The notes: generated by a model not told the origin, from the sequence alone. DNA of 32,000 nt from Candidatus Fokinia solitaria (GCF_003072485.1 NZ_CP025989.1:510001-542000); one strand, 5' to 3'. Positions 10,071 to 20,115 are shown, numbered from the stretch's first letter. Program-made: numbers and translations.

Positions 10071-11399
10071 GTGTCTTTACTTCGTTTCATTCAAAAAAAA
10101 CTCGCAAAACATATCGCGTCTCTTATTCTTTCTTTACCGGAAAAAATGGCGAAAAATGGTTTTTATTTGCAGTTACAGGTATTTGCTACAAGTGCTATAG
10201 CATTCTTGATATTACCGGTATTTTTAAAGATACAAGCGCCGTTTCCAATTCTGCAATTCGTAGCAGGAATGGCAATGCTTTCAATATATTTCTGCGAAAG
10301 ATATCTCCAATTTATTCCTTCCGTTTACAGAGGTATCTACTACTATATCGTGCTTGCGTTCTCTATTTCTTTCGTGCAGTTCTTCCTGTTCTTCAAATCT
10401 CTCTTAGGAATGCATTATCTGCTCAATACAGCACTTGTACTACTACTACTTAGCTTATTTTTCTCATATATAGAATTTGCTCTTCTTACAGTGCCAAGCT
10501 TTTTTATAGCTTTATTCATATCGATGCCTATTCCGTTTAGCGATGATGGCTTTTCTCAGCTCACATGGGAATTAGAAAATTATAGAGAACACGGATTTCT
10601 ACTCGTAGCGGTATCATCCTTCTTACTCGTACTATATCAATACTTAACTACTCTTGCAGAAAAAGTTATCAACAAAAGGGAAATGATAGAATCTAAAGTA
10701 CTAGGCTTTGCAATAGCACATGAAGTAAAATCACCAATATCAACACTAAAAATGTTACTGAGTACACTTCAGACAACTATAAATAAAGCAAGACGCGGTA
10801 ATACTTTGGCATTGAAAGGCATTGATGTAGAATTTGTATGCGATAGGGTATTACCACACATGGAGGCATACTTAATAGAAGTATCGAATATCGTTAGCTC
10901 TTTATTGCAATGTATAAAAATCTCCAAAACACAAGAGAATCAAATATCTACTAGGCTTTCATTTGTTGATACCGTAATAAAAAGCTTAAGAGTATTGTAT
11001 CATGACAAGCCTAATATTAAGTTCGAAATTATCGAAGATTTTCAATATAGCTCCCCTACAGGATTGCTGAAATCTATCCTGAACAATATAGTACAAAATG
11101 CCCTTGTACACGGTGGAAGGGAAGATATAGAAATTATAATCGAAGTGCAAAAATACAATGTCACTGTCTCGAATAATGGTGTATCTATAAAATCTAGTGC
11201 GCTGACTCAGCTATTCTCAGTAATGACCCGTAAAGTCAATTCTCCTACTGCACAGCATGGAATAGGATTGGCATTCTGTAAAAAAATATGCAATATGCTT
11301 GGAATCACAATATCATGCACTTCAGATAAAGAGAGAACTAGCTTCTTTTTAAATTTTCCTCATATTGAAGACAAAAGTGAGAGAGAAGCTATTTTCTGA
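10071..11399 (+). CDS. Membrane-bound sensor histidine kinase
   Basis: Multiple hydrophobic TM segments in the first ~210 aa, H-box FAIAHEVKSPISTLKMLLSTLQ, N-box ILNNIVQNALVHGG, G-box QHGIGLAFCKKICNMLGI. GTG start. Confidence 0.85.
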   Translation: MSLLRFIQKKLAKHIASLILSLPEKMAKNGFYLQLQVFATSAIAFLILPVFLKIQAPFPILQFVAGMAMLSIYFCERYLQFIPSVYRGIYYYIVLAFSISFVQFFLFFKSLLGMHYLLNTALVLLLLSLFFSYIEFALLTVPSFFIALFISMPIPFSDDGFSQLTWELENYREHGFLLVAVSSFLLVLYQYLTTLAEKVINKREMIESKVLGFAIAHEVKSPISTLKMLLSTLQTTINKARRGNTLALKGIDVEFVCDRVLPHMEAYLIEVSNIVSSLLQCIKISKTQENQISTRLSFVDTVIKSLRVLYHDKPNIKFEIIEDFQYSSPTGLLKSILNNIVQNALVHGGREDIEIIIEVQKYNVTVSNNGVSIKSSALTQLFSVMTRKVNSPTAQHGIGLAFCKKICNMLGITISCTSDKERTSFFLNFPHIEDKSEREAIF

Positions 11400-11431
11400 T
11401 ATAGCGCTAAAATTCACATTTTTTACAAGTT

Positions 11432-12856
11432 CTAGTTAATTTTCAATCCAATATAAAGCCTGCCTTCCTTAGCTATTACAATCTTTACATATTTCTGTCC
11501 TTTCTTTTTAGCGTTAGCAATGGCTTTCTCAAAATCACTTACCGAGGTTATCTTACTGCCATCAACCTCTACTATTACGTAACCTACTACAGGCTTTTGA
11601 GTATCTCCAAGAATAGAATCTTCTACAATGTCAACAATCACAAGGCCGTACGTAATGGTAGAAGGAATATGGTATAAATCCTTTAATTCTTGCGTAATTG
11701 GCTTAACATATGCACCTATTTCAAGTTTTATACTCTTCTTCTTAGCTGATTTGCCGTATGTTTCTTCTCGTACGTCTTCTTCCGTATCAAGCTTTTTCTC
11801 TACTCCGACATTTAGCATCATAGAATCGCCATTTCTGATAATCTTTACAGGTAATTTAATTCCTACCTCACTTTCGCGTATAATTTTAGCAAGTTGCGCA
11901 GTATTACTTACAACTTGTCCATTTACTTCAAGTATCACATCACCAGCTTTGATACCGTCTCTCTGCGCTATAGAACCTGGCGCTACATCTGTTACCAGCA
12001 CACCACTCATTTCATCTCGCAATTGTAAAGATTTCGCAACGTCTTCATCTAATGCTTGTAACCATACACCCCAGTATCCTCTTTCTACCTTTCCTGTTTT
12101 AATAAGCTGAAGTGCGATCTTTTCAACACTATCGCCTTGTATACCGAAAGATATACCAGAAAAAGCTGGAGAATTTGGGAAAGTAGTAATGAATGCTAGC
12201 ATTCCTATGACATCACCATACACATTACACATTGCACCTCCTGAACTTCCTCTATTCGCTGACATATCAGTTTGTATATAACCATCACGCCCTATATCAG
12301 AAATTACTCCACTCGTGAATGACCATGAAAGCGCCATAGGAGAAGAAAATGCTACTACTGTCTGCCCTACTTTCACCTTGCTAAAATTAGCGAACTTTAA
12401 GTATGGCAAATTTGACTCTTTTATCTTTACAACTGCAATATCACTCATTTCATCATACCCTATAACTTTCGCATCAACTCTTCTGACTCTATCATTACTT
12501 CTCAGAAGAATACTTACTTTACTCGCATCTTTAATTACATGTGCACACGTAACTATATATCCATCGGCAGATATTATAAATCCAGAACCAAAGCCTAGTA
12601 CTTTCTTACGAGATGGCATCCCTTCTTTCATGTACTTCTCAAATTCTCGAAATAACTCATCAGCTTCCATTACTGGCTCTTTACCAGTATAATATGCTCT
12701 CACTTCTACAGTAGCGGGGAGTATTTTTTCCGCTACATAACTTAAATCATGCTGAGACTGCACAGTAGTACCTCCTTCATTTCCATATGCTTTTACGCAT
12801 GAAGTAAATAAAACAAAAGATACGATAAAAGACGCGATAAATTTAACGTAATACAT
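11432..12856 (-). CDS. degP: HtrA/DegP-family periplasmic serine protease with PDZ domains
   Basis: Signal-like N-terminus; catalytic His (GYIVTCAHVIKD), Asp (EMSDIAVVKI) and Ser (IQTDMSANRGSSGGAM); PDZ-like GVLVTDVAPGSIAQRDGIKAGDVILEVNGQVV plus a second C-terminal PDZ-like region. Confidence 0.9.
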   Translation of the reverse strand: MYYVKFIASFIVSFVLFTSCVKAYGNEGGTTVQSQHDLSYVAEKILPATVEVRAYYTGKEPVMEADELFREFEKYMKEGMPSRKKVLGFGSGFIISADGYIVTCAHVIKDASKVSILLRSNDRVRRVDAKVIGYDEMSDIAVVKIKESNLPYLKFANFSKVKVGQTVVAFSSPMALSWSFTSGVISDIGRDGYIQTDMSANRGSSGGAMCNVYGDVIGMLAFITTFPNSPAFSGISFGIQGDSVEKIALQLIKTGKVERGYWGVWLQALDEDVAKSLQLRDEMSGVLVTDVAPGSIAQRDGIKAGDVILEVNGQVVSNTAQLAKIIRESEVGIKLPVKIIRNGDSMMLNVGVEKKLDTEEDVREETYGKSAKKKSIKLEIGAYVKPITQELKDLYHIPSTITYGLVIVDIVEDSILGDTQKPVVGYVIVEVDGSKITSVSDFEKAIANAKKKGQKYVKIVIAKEGRLYIGLKIN

Positions 12857-12947
12857 AAGTTAATAATTATTAATTTCGTAACCAAAATACCAGAATGTGG
12901 GGATTGTATAACCTCATATCATATAATGCAATAACATAGACATCTAT

Positions 12948-14075
12948 CTAAAAATACCAATTTACCCCTCCAATAAAGGAGAAAACAAATTCTTTTGTAC
13001 CTATCTTTAAGTTGCTAAAATCATATACACTATCATTAAGAGAAGAAAGGGTTGTCACCTGACTAATTTGAGTACATTTAGTAGTATTTCCAGTAATACG
13101 ACTAATTGCCGATGATGTAGTGGTGCCAGAATTGTAGAAAGAATTTGCTGCAGTACTTCCTGACGCATCTCCGATAGTACTCTGTTTGACAATAGAACCA
13201 AAGTAATCACTTCCTAGCACCGACTGCTGCGAATCAAGGAAATTTCCCCATACTCCTAAGTATAAACCAATTCTTTTCCACAGATAACCGACTCCAAGTT
13301 CCACACCTGGAGAAAAGAACATATTTCTATATGTTGTACCAAATCCTATCGCTGATTCTATAGAAGTAACACTTGTGCTTTGCACATATGCGGCACTAAC
13401 TGGAGTCGCACATGCATTATCACTATAAGCAGCACCGTATGCTGATACTAAACTCCAATTATCTGCTATAGATAGATCTAATTTCACTTGGCTACCAAAT
13501 GCATAAGCTTTTAAGTAGCAATATGCGCCATGCAATGATGGAAAATAGTATTGATATTGCAAAAATCCGCCCATATTCAACCTATTTACTGTGAGAGCGG
13601 TAACTGTAACGTCATCCGATGAAGTAGTAGTACTACTACTGCTACTACTTGAAGAGGTATTATTATCGCTTGCTGTAATGCTATAGCCAATCACTAATCC
13701 ACATGAAACGACATCGCTATCCTGTGCATATACATTATATCCTACCTGCGCAAAAACACTATTACTTCTAACATTTTCTGCTAGCGATACTATATTAATT
13801 CCTCCTTGTGCATTACCGTTTAGCGCATGAGGCACTATAGGCACAGCAGAAGTTAGCGCAAAGTTTCTTGAAATTCCTCCAGATATTCCGAAGAATGTTC
13901 TTTTAAGAAGCGAAGCATCAAAAGTTACGCTTTCTTTTCGAAACAAAGCTTGATTCGCATCTTGCTGCTTATTCAAAGCATCTGCATAATTCTGAATAAG
14001 CTGTATATCATCTGCATTAGCGGTAGAAAGCGCAACACACAACGGTATTATGATGCAAAAAATACCACGCATCAA
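12948..14075 (-). CDS. Probable outer-membrane beta-barrel/surface protein
   Basis: 375 aa, signal peptide MMRGIFCIIIPLCVALSTANA, alternating aromatic/Gly-rich strands, C-terminal ...FSFIGGVNWYF typical of outer-membrane proteins, Ser/Thr-rich loop. Confidence 0.65.
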   Translation of the reverse strand: MMRGIFCIIIPLCVALSTANADDIQLIQNYADALNKQQDANQALFRKESVTFDASLLKRTFFGISGGISRNFALTSAVPIVPHALNGNAQGGINIVSLAENVRSNSVFAQVGYNVYAQDSDVVSCGLVIGYSITASDNNTSSSSSSSSTTTSSDDVTVTALTVNRLNMGGFLQYQYYFPSLHGAYCYLKAYAFGSQVKLDLSIADNWSLVSAYGAAYSDNACATPVSAAYVQSTSVTSIESAIGFGTTYRNMFFSPGVELGVGYLWKRIGLYLGVWGNFLDSQQSVLGSDYFGSIVKQSTIGDASGSTAANSFYNSGTTTSSAISRITGNTTKCTQISQVTTLSSLNDSVYDFSNLKIGTKEFVFSFIGGVNWYF

Positions 14076-14130
14076 ATATCTTTACACGCATTTATGACAA
14101 TAGTGACATCCACAAACTCAATATGCAATA

Positions 14131-14976
14131 TTATTTGTCGTTTATCTCGAATTTAGCTACAAAATCTTTCAGCATTAAGGCTATTTGCTGCAATGTAGCA
14201 TTGCGCACTATAACTACAGATGGAATACAAAAATGAAAACTGTAAGAAATTGCCAAAGCAATACTCCACAAAGCAGCATCTTGATCGAGAGGTGCAGTTT
14301 TCATCGAAGTAACTAACAACGGCACTTGCGCACGTAGCATCTCGTTTCGTAATTGACTAATCTGTAACGAAGCATCGCCATCAGCAATAAGTAATACTTC
14401 AGAAACATTCCATCTTGCTGGTATAGAAGAATCATGCAGAAGTATTGTCATTCGCTTATTTTGAAAAGAACAAAAATAAGATATCTGCGAATCTGTTTGT
14501 GAATCTATAGAAATTCTTTCTAGTTCATTCAAAAGGTGAAATGATTTGGTGCGAAGTTTATATATACCACATGTCTTCTCTATTTCTTTAGTAAGGAAGC
14601 GAACTGCGTTTTGATTAAGAATATGCGTCATCTGCAATGATACATTACCGCAGTATATTGTTTCAAATAGCTTTTTGATTTCTAAAAGTACAGCTTCTTT
14701 TAAAATAGTTGTTCCAGTCAGCTTTGCTGCAGAATTCCACATTTCATCAGATATTTGCAAATCTGATATAAATTCTCTCAGCGATCTTCCGCACACTTTG
14801 GTATAGCTATCAGCAACTCCTAGCTTATGTAAAGCAATTGAATATCCAAACTCTCTATACCTTGCAACGATTACATTGGCCATAATGGATGCATCGCAAT
14901 ACAGCATCATCGTGTCTATTTTCGATAAAGCATATAAATTCGTCCTTATAGAAGATAAGTTTTTGTTATCTAGCAT
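14131..14976 (-). CDS. Hypothetical protein between OMP gene and plsY
   Basis: 281-aa ORF, co-directional and tightly packed behind plsY (2-nt gap). No family recognised. Confidence 0.6.
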   Translation of the reverse strand: MLDNKNLSSIRTNLYALSKIDTMMLYCDASIMANVIVARYREFGYSIALHKLGVADSYTKVCGRSLREFISDLQISDEMWNSAAKLTGTTILKEAVLLEIKKLFETIYCGNVSLQMTHILNQNAVRFLTKEIEKTCGIYKLRTKSFHLLNELERISIDSQTDSQISYFCSFQNKRMTILLHDSSIPARWNVSEVLLIADGDASLQISQLRNEMLRAQVPLLVTSMKTAPLDQDAALWSIALAISYSFHFCIPSVVIVRNATLQQIALMLKDFVAKFEINDK

Positions 14977-14978
14977 AC

Positions 14979-15569
14979 TTAACGTATAAAATTTCTCTTA
15001 TGTGCAAAAGTAATCATTTGAAAAGAAAATGTGAAGATTATACAAGCGATAACGGCGAAAATACCGCTTTCACATTTTATTATATGCATATACATAGCCC
15101 ATACCATACATAATGACGATAAAGCTACATTTCTTATTAACAGAAAAACATTCAACCATACAACTACGCCAAGTAACGCTGAAAGAGGAGAGAGTCCAAG
15201 CACTACACCTAAAGCAGTAGCTACTCCTTTACCTCCACGATACACAATAAGTGGTCTTATATGCCCTATGATAGAAAGCGCACCACACATCAACATCATA
15301 CTGAATTTACTGAATAGCACATTACTTACGTACATGTTTTGAAATAGATAATATATACCGTAAACTGCGACAAGTCCTTTACTACAATCTAAGAAAAGAG
15401 TGAAAGCCGCAGGTATATATCCACCTGCTCTGTATACGTTAGTTGCGCCTATATTACCAGAACCTACATTACGCAAATTCTCAAGTCCAAAAAGAGTTTC
15501 TATCACCTTGCCAAAACATATAGAACCTATGAGATAGCAAGCAATGCAATATAAAAAATATATCTTCAT
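14979..15569 (-). CDS. plsY: Glycerol-3-phosphate acyltransferase PlsY
   Basis: LRNVGSGNIGATNVYRAGGYIPAAFTLFLDCSKG, GHIRPLIVYRGGKGVATALG; multi-TM. Confidence 0.93.
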   Translation of the reverse strand: MKIYFLYCIACYLIGSICFGKVIETLFGLENLRNVGSGNIGATNVYRAGGYIPAAFTLFLDCSKGLVAVYGIYYLFQNMYVSNVLFSKFSMMLMCGALSIIGHIRPLIVYRGGKGVATALGVVLGLSPLSALLGVVVWLNVFLLIRNVALSSLCMVWAMYMHIIKCESGIFAVIACIIFTFSFQMITFAHKRNFIR

Positions 15570-15586
15570 TTATCGTATAATAAACG

Positions 15587-16501
15587 TTAAATCTTCGATT
15601 TTGGACTAAATAGCATAACAATAGGGGCAGATATAAAAATAGAAGAATACGTCCCGAATGCTATTCCGAATGTTGTAATATAACTAAAACTCTTAAGCTT
15701 CTCATCGCCAAAAATCAGTAGCACAATACATACGAGTATAGTACTAGCAACTGTCATTGTAGTACGAGAAAGAGTTTGATTAATACTAGCATTAATAGTC
15801 TCAGAGAGAGGTGCACTATCATCTTTTGAGTTCTCTCTTATTCTGTCGTATATCACAACACTATCGTTAATAGAATATCCTATTACCGTTAACAATGCTG
15901 CTATTGACGCGCTATCGAACTCATATTGAAAAGTGGCGCAAAATCCAATTGTGACAATAGCATCATGCATAAGACTGATTAACACTCCAATCGCAAATTC
16001 CATCTTAAATCTGAACCATGTGTATATCATAATACCGAGAAGCGCCGCGATAATAGCGAAATAACTTCTGTGTAATAGCTCATTTCCAAGCTTTGGTCCG
16101 ATGTACTGCATACTCTCTATAGCCGGAGTATACTCTACTAAGCCATCAAGCACCATTTTACTTAAATCCTTCACATTGTGTCCATCAGCGCTTCCTACTC
16201 GAATGATAAAAAGCTCTCTACCATTGATATAGTGATTTTGAACTTTCTTCACTTCGTTTAAATTCTTTACAAACAACTTCAATTTTTGCTCTAAGACGTC
16301 CCTACTTACTTGATCATTTACAGTCAGCTCCATCACGATGCCGCCAGTAAAATCTACGCCATAATTCAGACCTTTATGAAGAAAAACAAAAACTGAATAA
16401 GTTGTAAGTATGATACTTAAGAATGCTGTCCAACGAAAATGGCGGACAAAATTAATATTTATCCTATTACTCATATTTATAACAATTACCTTCGGATTCA
16501 T
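15587..16501 (-). CDS. secF: Protein translocase subunit SecF
   Basis: GLNYGVDFTGGIVMEL, IGPKLGNELLHRS, TVIGYSINDSVVIYDRIRE, NQTLSRTTMTVASTILVCIVLLIFGDE. Confidence 0.95.
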   Translation of the reverse strand: MNPKVIVINMSNRININFVRHFRWTAFLSIILTTYSVFVFLHKGLNYGVDFTGGIVMELTVNDQVSRDVLEQKLKLFVKNLNEVKKVQNHYINGRELFIIRVGSADGHNVKDLSKMVLDGLVEYTPAIESMQYIGPKLGNELLHRSYFAIIAALLGIMIYTWFRFKMEFAIGVLISLMHDAIVTIGFCATFQYEFDSASIAALLTVIGYSINDSVVIYDRIRENSKDDSAPLSETINASINQTLSRTTMTVASTILVCIVLLIFGDEKLKSFSYITTFGIAFGTYSSIFISAPIVMLFSPKSKI

Positions 16502-16703
16502 CTTAGTAATTTGGATACTTGTAACGCAATTGAAAACTGCTTGTTTTTTTTCGCTACCACATACTACAAGCGCTTAAGATAACAAATGCAGCATGTAAAG
16601 CACTATCTCAGTACAAAAGAATATCTAAAATTTAGTCATGAAATCTTTCATTTCTTGACTAATACATCATTTTTCTTATTCTCTAGTTATATACACTGCG
16701 ATA

Positions 16704-17378
16704 ATGAAAATGAAGTTGATAATTGCCAATCTTTTCGTAGCAACTGTCTTTACTATGAGTACAGCACACGCCGAAGTTGAGGATATGCAAAGTCCTCCGG
16801 TAGATAACTCGAGTAACGCAACTACAGAACCTACTACGCAATCTGCACAGCCAAGCGTAGTAGCTGCGCCAGTTCAATCCGAAAAGATAAGTGACAGTGC
16901 TAATACATCAATCGCGTCAGCAACGCAGTACGAGCAAAATACTCAAGACGTTGATAAGGTACGCATTATAGCGCATCACCAAAACTGGAAATTTATCTCA
17001 TCAAAGAAAGGACGTTTCATTACTGGTATTGAAGATAATCCTCTCGATGGTACCGCATACATCGCACTGGAAAAACGAAAAAATGGCAAATTTTCCGTAT
17101 CTATATGCAGTAATCATGAAATTGAAGCTGAGAAAAATGCAAGCATAACAGTAAATAATAAATCATTTGTGCTATTTAACGGTGATAACAATCACTGCGC
17201 TACTAGTTATGACAAAGAACAAGATGAAGCAATTATCTCAAATATGTTAGCAAGTAGCGCAACTTTAGAACCGACTGCGACATTAAGCTTTCTTACTGTA
17301 GATTCTCAAGCTGTTGAAGTATCAATACCACTTAGAAGTTTTAAACGTGTATACGATATTGCAAAAAGAATTTCGTAA
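16704..17378 (+). CDS. Secreted protein, probable invasion-associated locus B (IalB)-like
   Basis: Signal peptide MKMKLIIANLFVATVFTMSTAHA, Ser/Thr/Pro/Gln-rich linker, then NWKFISSKKG...YIALEKRKNGKFSVSICS...ITVNNKSFVLFNGDNNHCATS...VSIPLRSFKRVYDIAKRI, which resembles the IalB pattern (two Cys, terminal SLKGF-like helix). Confidence 0.55.
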   Translation: MKMKLIIANLFVATVFTMSTAHAEVEDMQSPPVDNSSNATTEPTTQSAQPSVVAAPVQSEKISDSANTSIASATQYEQNTQDVDKVRIIAHHQNWKFISSKKGRFITGIEDNPLDGTAYIALEKRKNGKFSVSICSNHEIEAEKNASITVNNKSFVLFNGDNNHCATSYDKEQDEAIISNMLASSATLEPTATLSFLTVDSQAVEVSIPLRSFKRVYDIAKRIS

Positions 17379-17396
17379 TAATTTAATAGAAATCAA

Positions 17397-18707
17397 GTGA
17401 AAATCTTCGAAAATTTGCAGAATTTACAAAATTTCCAAGACTCTTTTAGAAAGAAAATAACAAAAAATAGAGCTGTATTGATCAGAGTGGATTTTAATAT
17501 GCCAACTGATCAAAATGGAAATATCACAAGCTTTCAAAGATTGGAAAAAGCGCAAGAAACGATCAACTTCGTTCTTAAATGCAGCGGCATTCCTATACTT
17601 TTAGCGCATCTTGGAGAAAAAGGCGCAAAATTTTCTGCGTATATTGAGCAAATTAATGCATATCTTCGTAATAGAGGATTTCATACGATTCACTTAGTTA
17701 GCGATGAAAGCTGCTTTACTAGTATGATAAAAGCATTGCAAAGACTTCTTTCAGCGACAGAAGAAACAGAAGGAAAGGTATTTCTTATTGAAAATATAAG
17801 ACTGTATAGCGAAGAAAAAGAGAATTCGCACAAAGCTGCTCAAATGTTAATTTCGGAAATTTCTGAATTCTATATTAACGAAGCGTTTTCATGCTGCCAT
17901 AGATCGCATATGTCGATGTCTGCATTGCCGATGCATACCATACACAAATTTTGCGGTATTCGTTTCATGCAAGAACTAAAAGCGATACTACCTCTTACAA
18001 AGACGAATTTTGACGATACCACAGTTATTCTCGGCGGCGCAAAAATATCTACAAAATTACCGCTAATAAAATTCATGACTGGTAAGGTGAAGAACATTAT
18101 AGTATCTGGCGGTATCGCAAATACAATTCTAAAATATGGACTAAACTACAATATAAGCTCCTCCCTGATAGAAATAGATGCGAAGTCAGATGTGGATAAT
18201 TTGATGTATGATAAAAAGTGCAAAATCATTTCCATCGATTCTTATGAGAAAGATTCTCAAATGACGCAAATTCTATTACCATCGGATTTCCGTATCTCAG
18301 AAGATGTAAGAAAAGAATCAGAGGCATTACAGCTTAAAATACAAGAATTAAATACTACAAAGCACTCATTCTCCATCTGCGATATAGGAAATGCTACAGT
18401 TTTAGCGATGAACAATATATTACAAGAACAAAAAATTGTAATATGGAACGGCCCCTTAGGAGTATACGAAGATAAAAGATTTAAACAAGGCACTGATCGC
18501 ACCCTTCAGATGTTATCGAAATTTACTAAAAATGGCGTTATCAAAAGTTTCATAGGTGGAGGAGATACGATAGCGTGTATCGAAAATCAGAGTGAAGTCA
18601 ATATCACGCATATATCAGATGGAGGAGGATCGTTTATTGCACTTCTTAGCGGTGATTCTCTACCAGGATTAAACAGTATGCTAAGTACGAATTCACATCT
18701 AAAATAA
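17397..18707 (+). CDS. pgk: Phosphoglycerate kinase (divergent)
   Basis: LIRVDFNMP, LLAHLGEKG, LIENIRLY, NEAFSCCHRSHMS, ILGGAKISTKLPLI, IVSGGIANT, VIWNGPLGVYED, IGGGDTIACI, ISDGGGSFIALLSGDSLPG. Confidence 0.92.
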   Translation: MKIFENLQNLQNFQDSFRKKITKNRAVLIRVDFNMPTDQNGNITSFQRLEKAQETINFVLKCSGIPILLAHLGEKGAKFSAYIEQINAYLRNRGFHTIHLVSDESCFTSMIKALQRLLSATEETEGKVFLIENIRLYSEEKENSHKAAQMLISEISEFYINEAFSCCHRSHMSMSALPMHTIHKFCGIRFMQELKAILPLTKTNFDDTTVILGGAKISTKLPLIKFMTGKVKNIIVSGGIANTILKYGLNYNISSSLIEIDAKSDVDNLMYDKKCKIISIDSYEKDSQMTQILLPSDFRISEDVRKESEALQLKIQELNTTKHSFSICDIGNATVLAMNNILQEQKIVIWNGPLGVYEDKRFKQGTDRTLQMLSKFTKNGVIKSFIGGGDTIACIENQSEVNITHISDGGGSFIALLSGDSLPGLNSMLSTNSHLK

Positions 18708-18709
18708 GC

Positions 18710-19279
18710 TTATACGTCATCTTTCATTTTCAACGAATCTAAGTCAGACTGACTACATATTCCTAAAAGTACTGGATCTTTCGGCTCCAACTCTTCGTAA
18801 TTCCAATGAGTTTTAGCTCTGATAGAATCGACTAATTTCTCCGTCGTACCAAGTATTTTTGCTATTTCCTTAGAATTGACCGTCGTAAATCTATTAATTA
18901 CCCATAATATGGCATTTGCTTTCTCTCTTCTTAATGCTACCGGAGTGTATTTTCTCGTTTTATTCTTTGCAAAAAGCACTCCTTTCATAATTTCAGACAT
19001 TCTCAAAGTGCTTTTAGCGTCATCCTCGCACCTCTTAATCTCTTCCGCGGTAAGCTGTCCTACGCTAATAGGGCTTATAGGGGTAATTTTATGCCCTAAC
19101 TCATCATCCGCCATAGCCTGCACCTCTAAGAGATGTAATTTACAGAAAGTGGCAATTTGCGTAAAAGTAAGTTTTGTATTAAGAATCAACCACATAGCAG
19201 TAGCTTTTGGCATGACGGGCTTTGCGTTAAAGTCGATAACTTTCTTTTTTACAGCCATTAAATTCTCGTAATTATTCAC
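18710..19279 (-). CDS. trcR: Cell-cycle transcriptional regulator TrcR family (DUF1013)
   Basis: MPKATAMWLILNTKLTFTQIATFCKLHLLEVQAMADDE, GQLTAEEIKRCEDD, RKYTPVALRREKANAILWVINRF, HWNYEELEPKDPVLLGICSQSDLD; matches the alphaproteobacterial DUF1013/TrcR family from memory. Confidence 0.85.
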   Translation of the reverse strand: MNNYENLMAVKKKVIDFNAKPVMPKATAMWLILNTKLTFTQIATFCKLHLLEVQAMADDELGHKITPISPISVGQLTAEEIKRCEDDAKSTLRMSEIMKGVLFAKNKTRKYTPVALRREKANAILWVINRFTTVNSKEIAKILGTTEKLVDSIRAKTHWNYEELEPKDPVLLGICSQSDLDSLKMKDDV

Positions 19280-19458
19280 TGCTTCCTACGCTATTCTATA
19301 GCAATTTTCGTGAAGATTAAAGCTTAAATAACAAAATTCAATAAAGGAGCGCATTCAGAGTGAGATATATCCTCAATACTGTTAATTACGAAGATTGCAA
19401 TCTATCGCATATTATGGTACGCTTTCCACATTCATTAGTTTGATTAAAGTTTTCTAAT

Positions 19459-20115
19459 ATGGGACAAAAGGCAAATCCTGTTGGTCTGAGGTTAGGTATT
19501 AATAGAAGTACCGATTCGATGTGGTATGCGTCAAAGGCAGATTATCCGCGCATCCTACGTCAAGACATTGCTGTACGTGAGCTTATAGAACAGCGTTTCG
19601 GAAATGCTTTAATATCCAAAATTGAGATGCGCCGTTCTTCGTCAAAACTGAATGTAAGAATAGTAGCGACGAAACCTATGGTGATACTAGGTAAAAGTGG
19701 TGCAGAAACGGATACTCTAAAAAAGAGTATTGCCGATATCGCAGATCAAGGTCTAGAAATCAATGTAATTGTAGATACTGAAAAAAAACCGTTATTACAA
19801 TCTAGAGTTGTAGCAAAAATGATTTCTCAACAACTCGAACAGAGAGTCGCGCCGAAACAGGCAATGAAGAAAGCTATTAGAGATGTTATGAAATCAGGCG
19901 CATACGGAGTGAGAATCGCTATAAGTGGAAGATTAGGTGGCGCTGAAATAGCAAGAACAGAATGGCAAAAAGATGGTAGCGTACCTCTTCATACATTGAG
20001 AATGCCGATCGAAAAAAGTAATGCAGTTGCGCATACTACGTATGGCGTACTTGGAGTAGCTGTAATTATAGCTGCTCATCCAAATAGCGTACATGAGGAA
20101 GAGCAACACTCTTAA
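19459..20115 (+). CDS. rpsC: 30S ribosomal protein S3
   Basis: MGQKANPVGLRLGINRSTDSMWYASK...IRIAISGRLGGAEIARTEWQKDGSVPLHTLR; full-length canonical S3. Confidence 0.98.
   Translation: MGQKANPVGLRLGINRSTDSMWYASKADYPRILRQDIAVRELIEQRFGNALISKIEMRRSSSKLNVRIVATKPMVILGKSGAETDTLKKSIADIADQGLEINVIVDTEKKPLLQSRVVAKMISQQLEQRVAPKQAMKKAIRDVMKSGAYGVRIAISGRLGGAEIARTEWQKDGSVPLHTLRMPIEKSNAVAHTTYGVLGVAVIIAAHPNSVHEEEQHS

Noticed and set aside
11628-12692. 160-aa and 125-aa plus-strand ORFs opposite htrA
   Set aside because: Antisense of a conserved protease; the composition mirrors the opposite coding strand.
13950-16877. Short ORFs 13950..14156, 15031..15342, 16586..16780 and 16683..16877
   Set aside because: They overlap or flank supported genes (OMP, plsY, IalB-like) on other frames, with no family signal.
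17870-19271. ORFs antisense to pgk (17870..18097, 18257..18502) and to trcR (18876..19271)
   Set aside because: Shadow ORFs of conserved genes.
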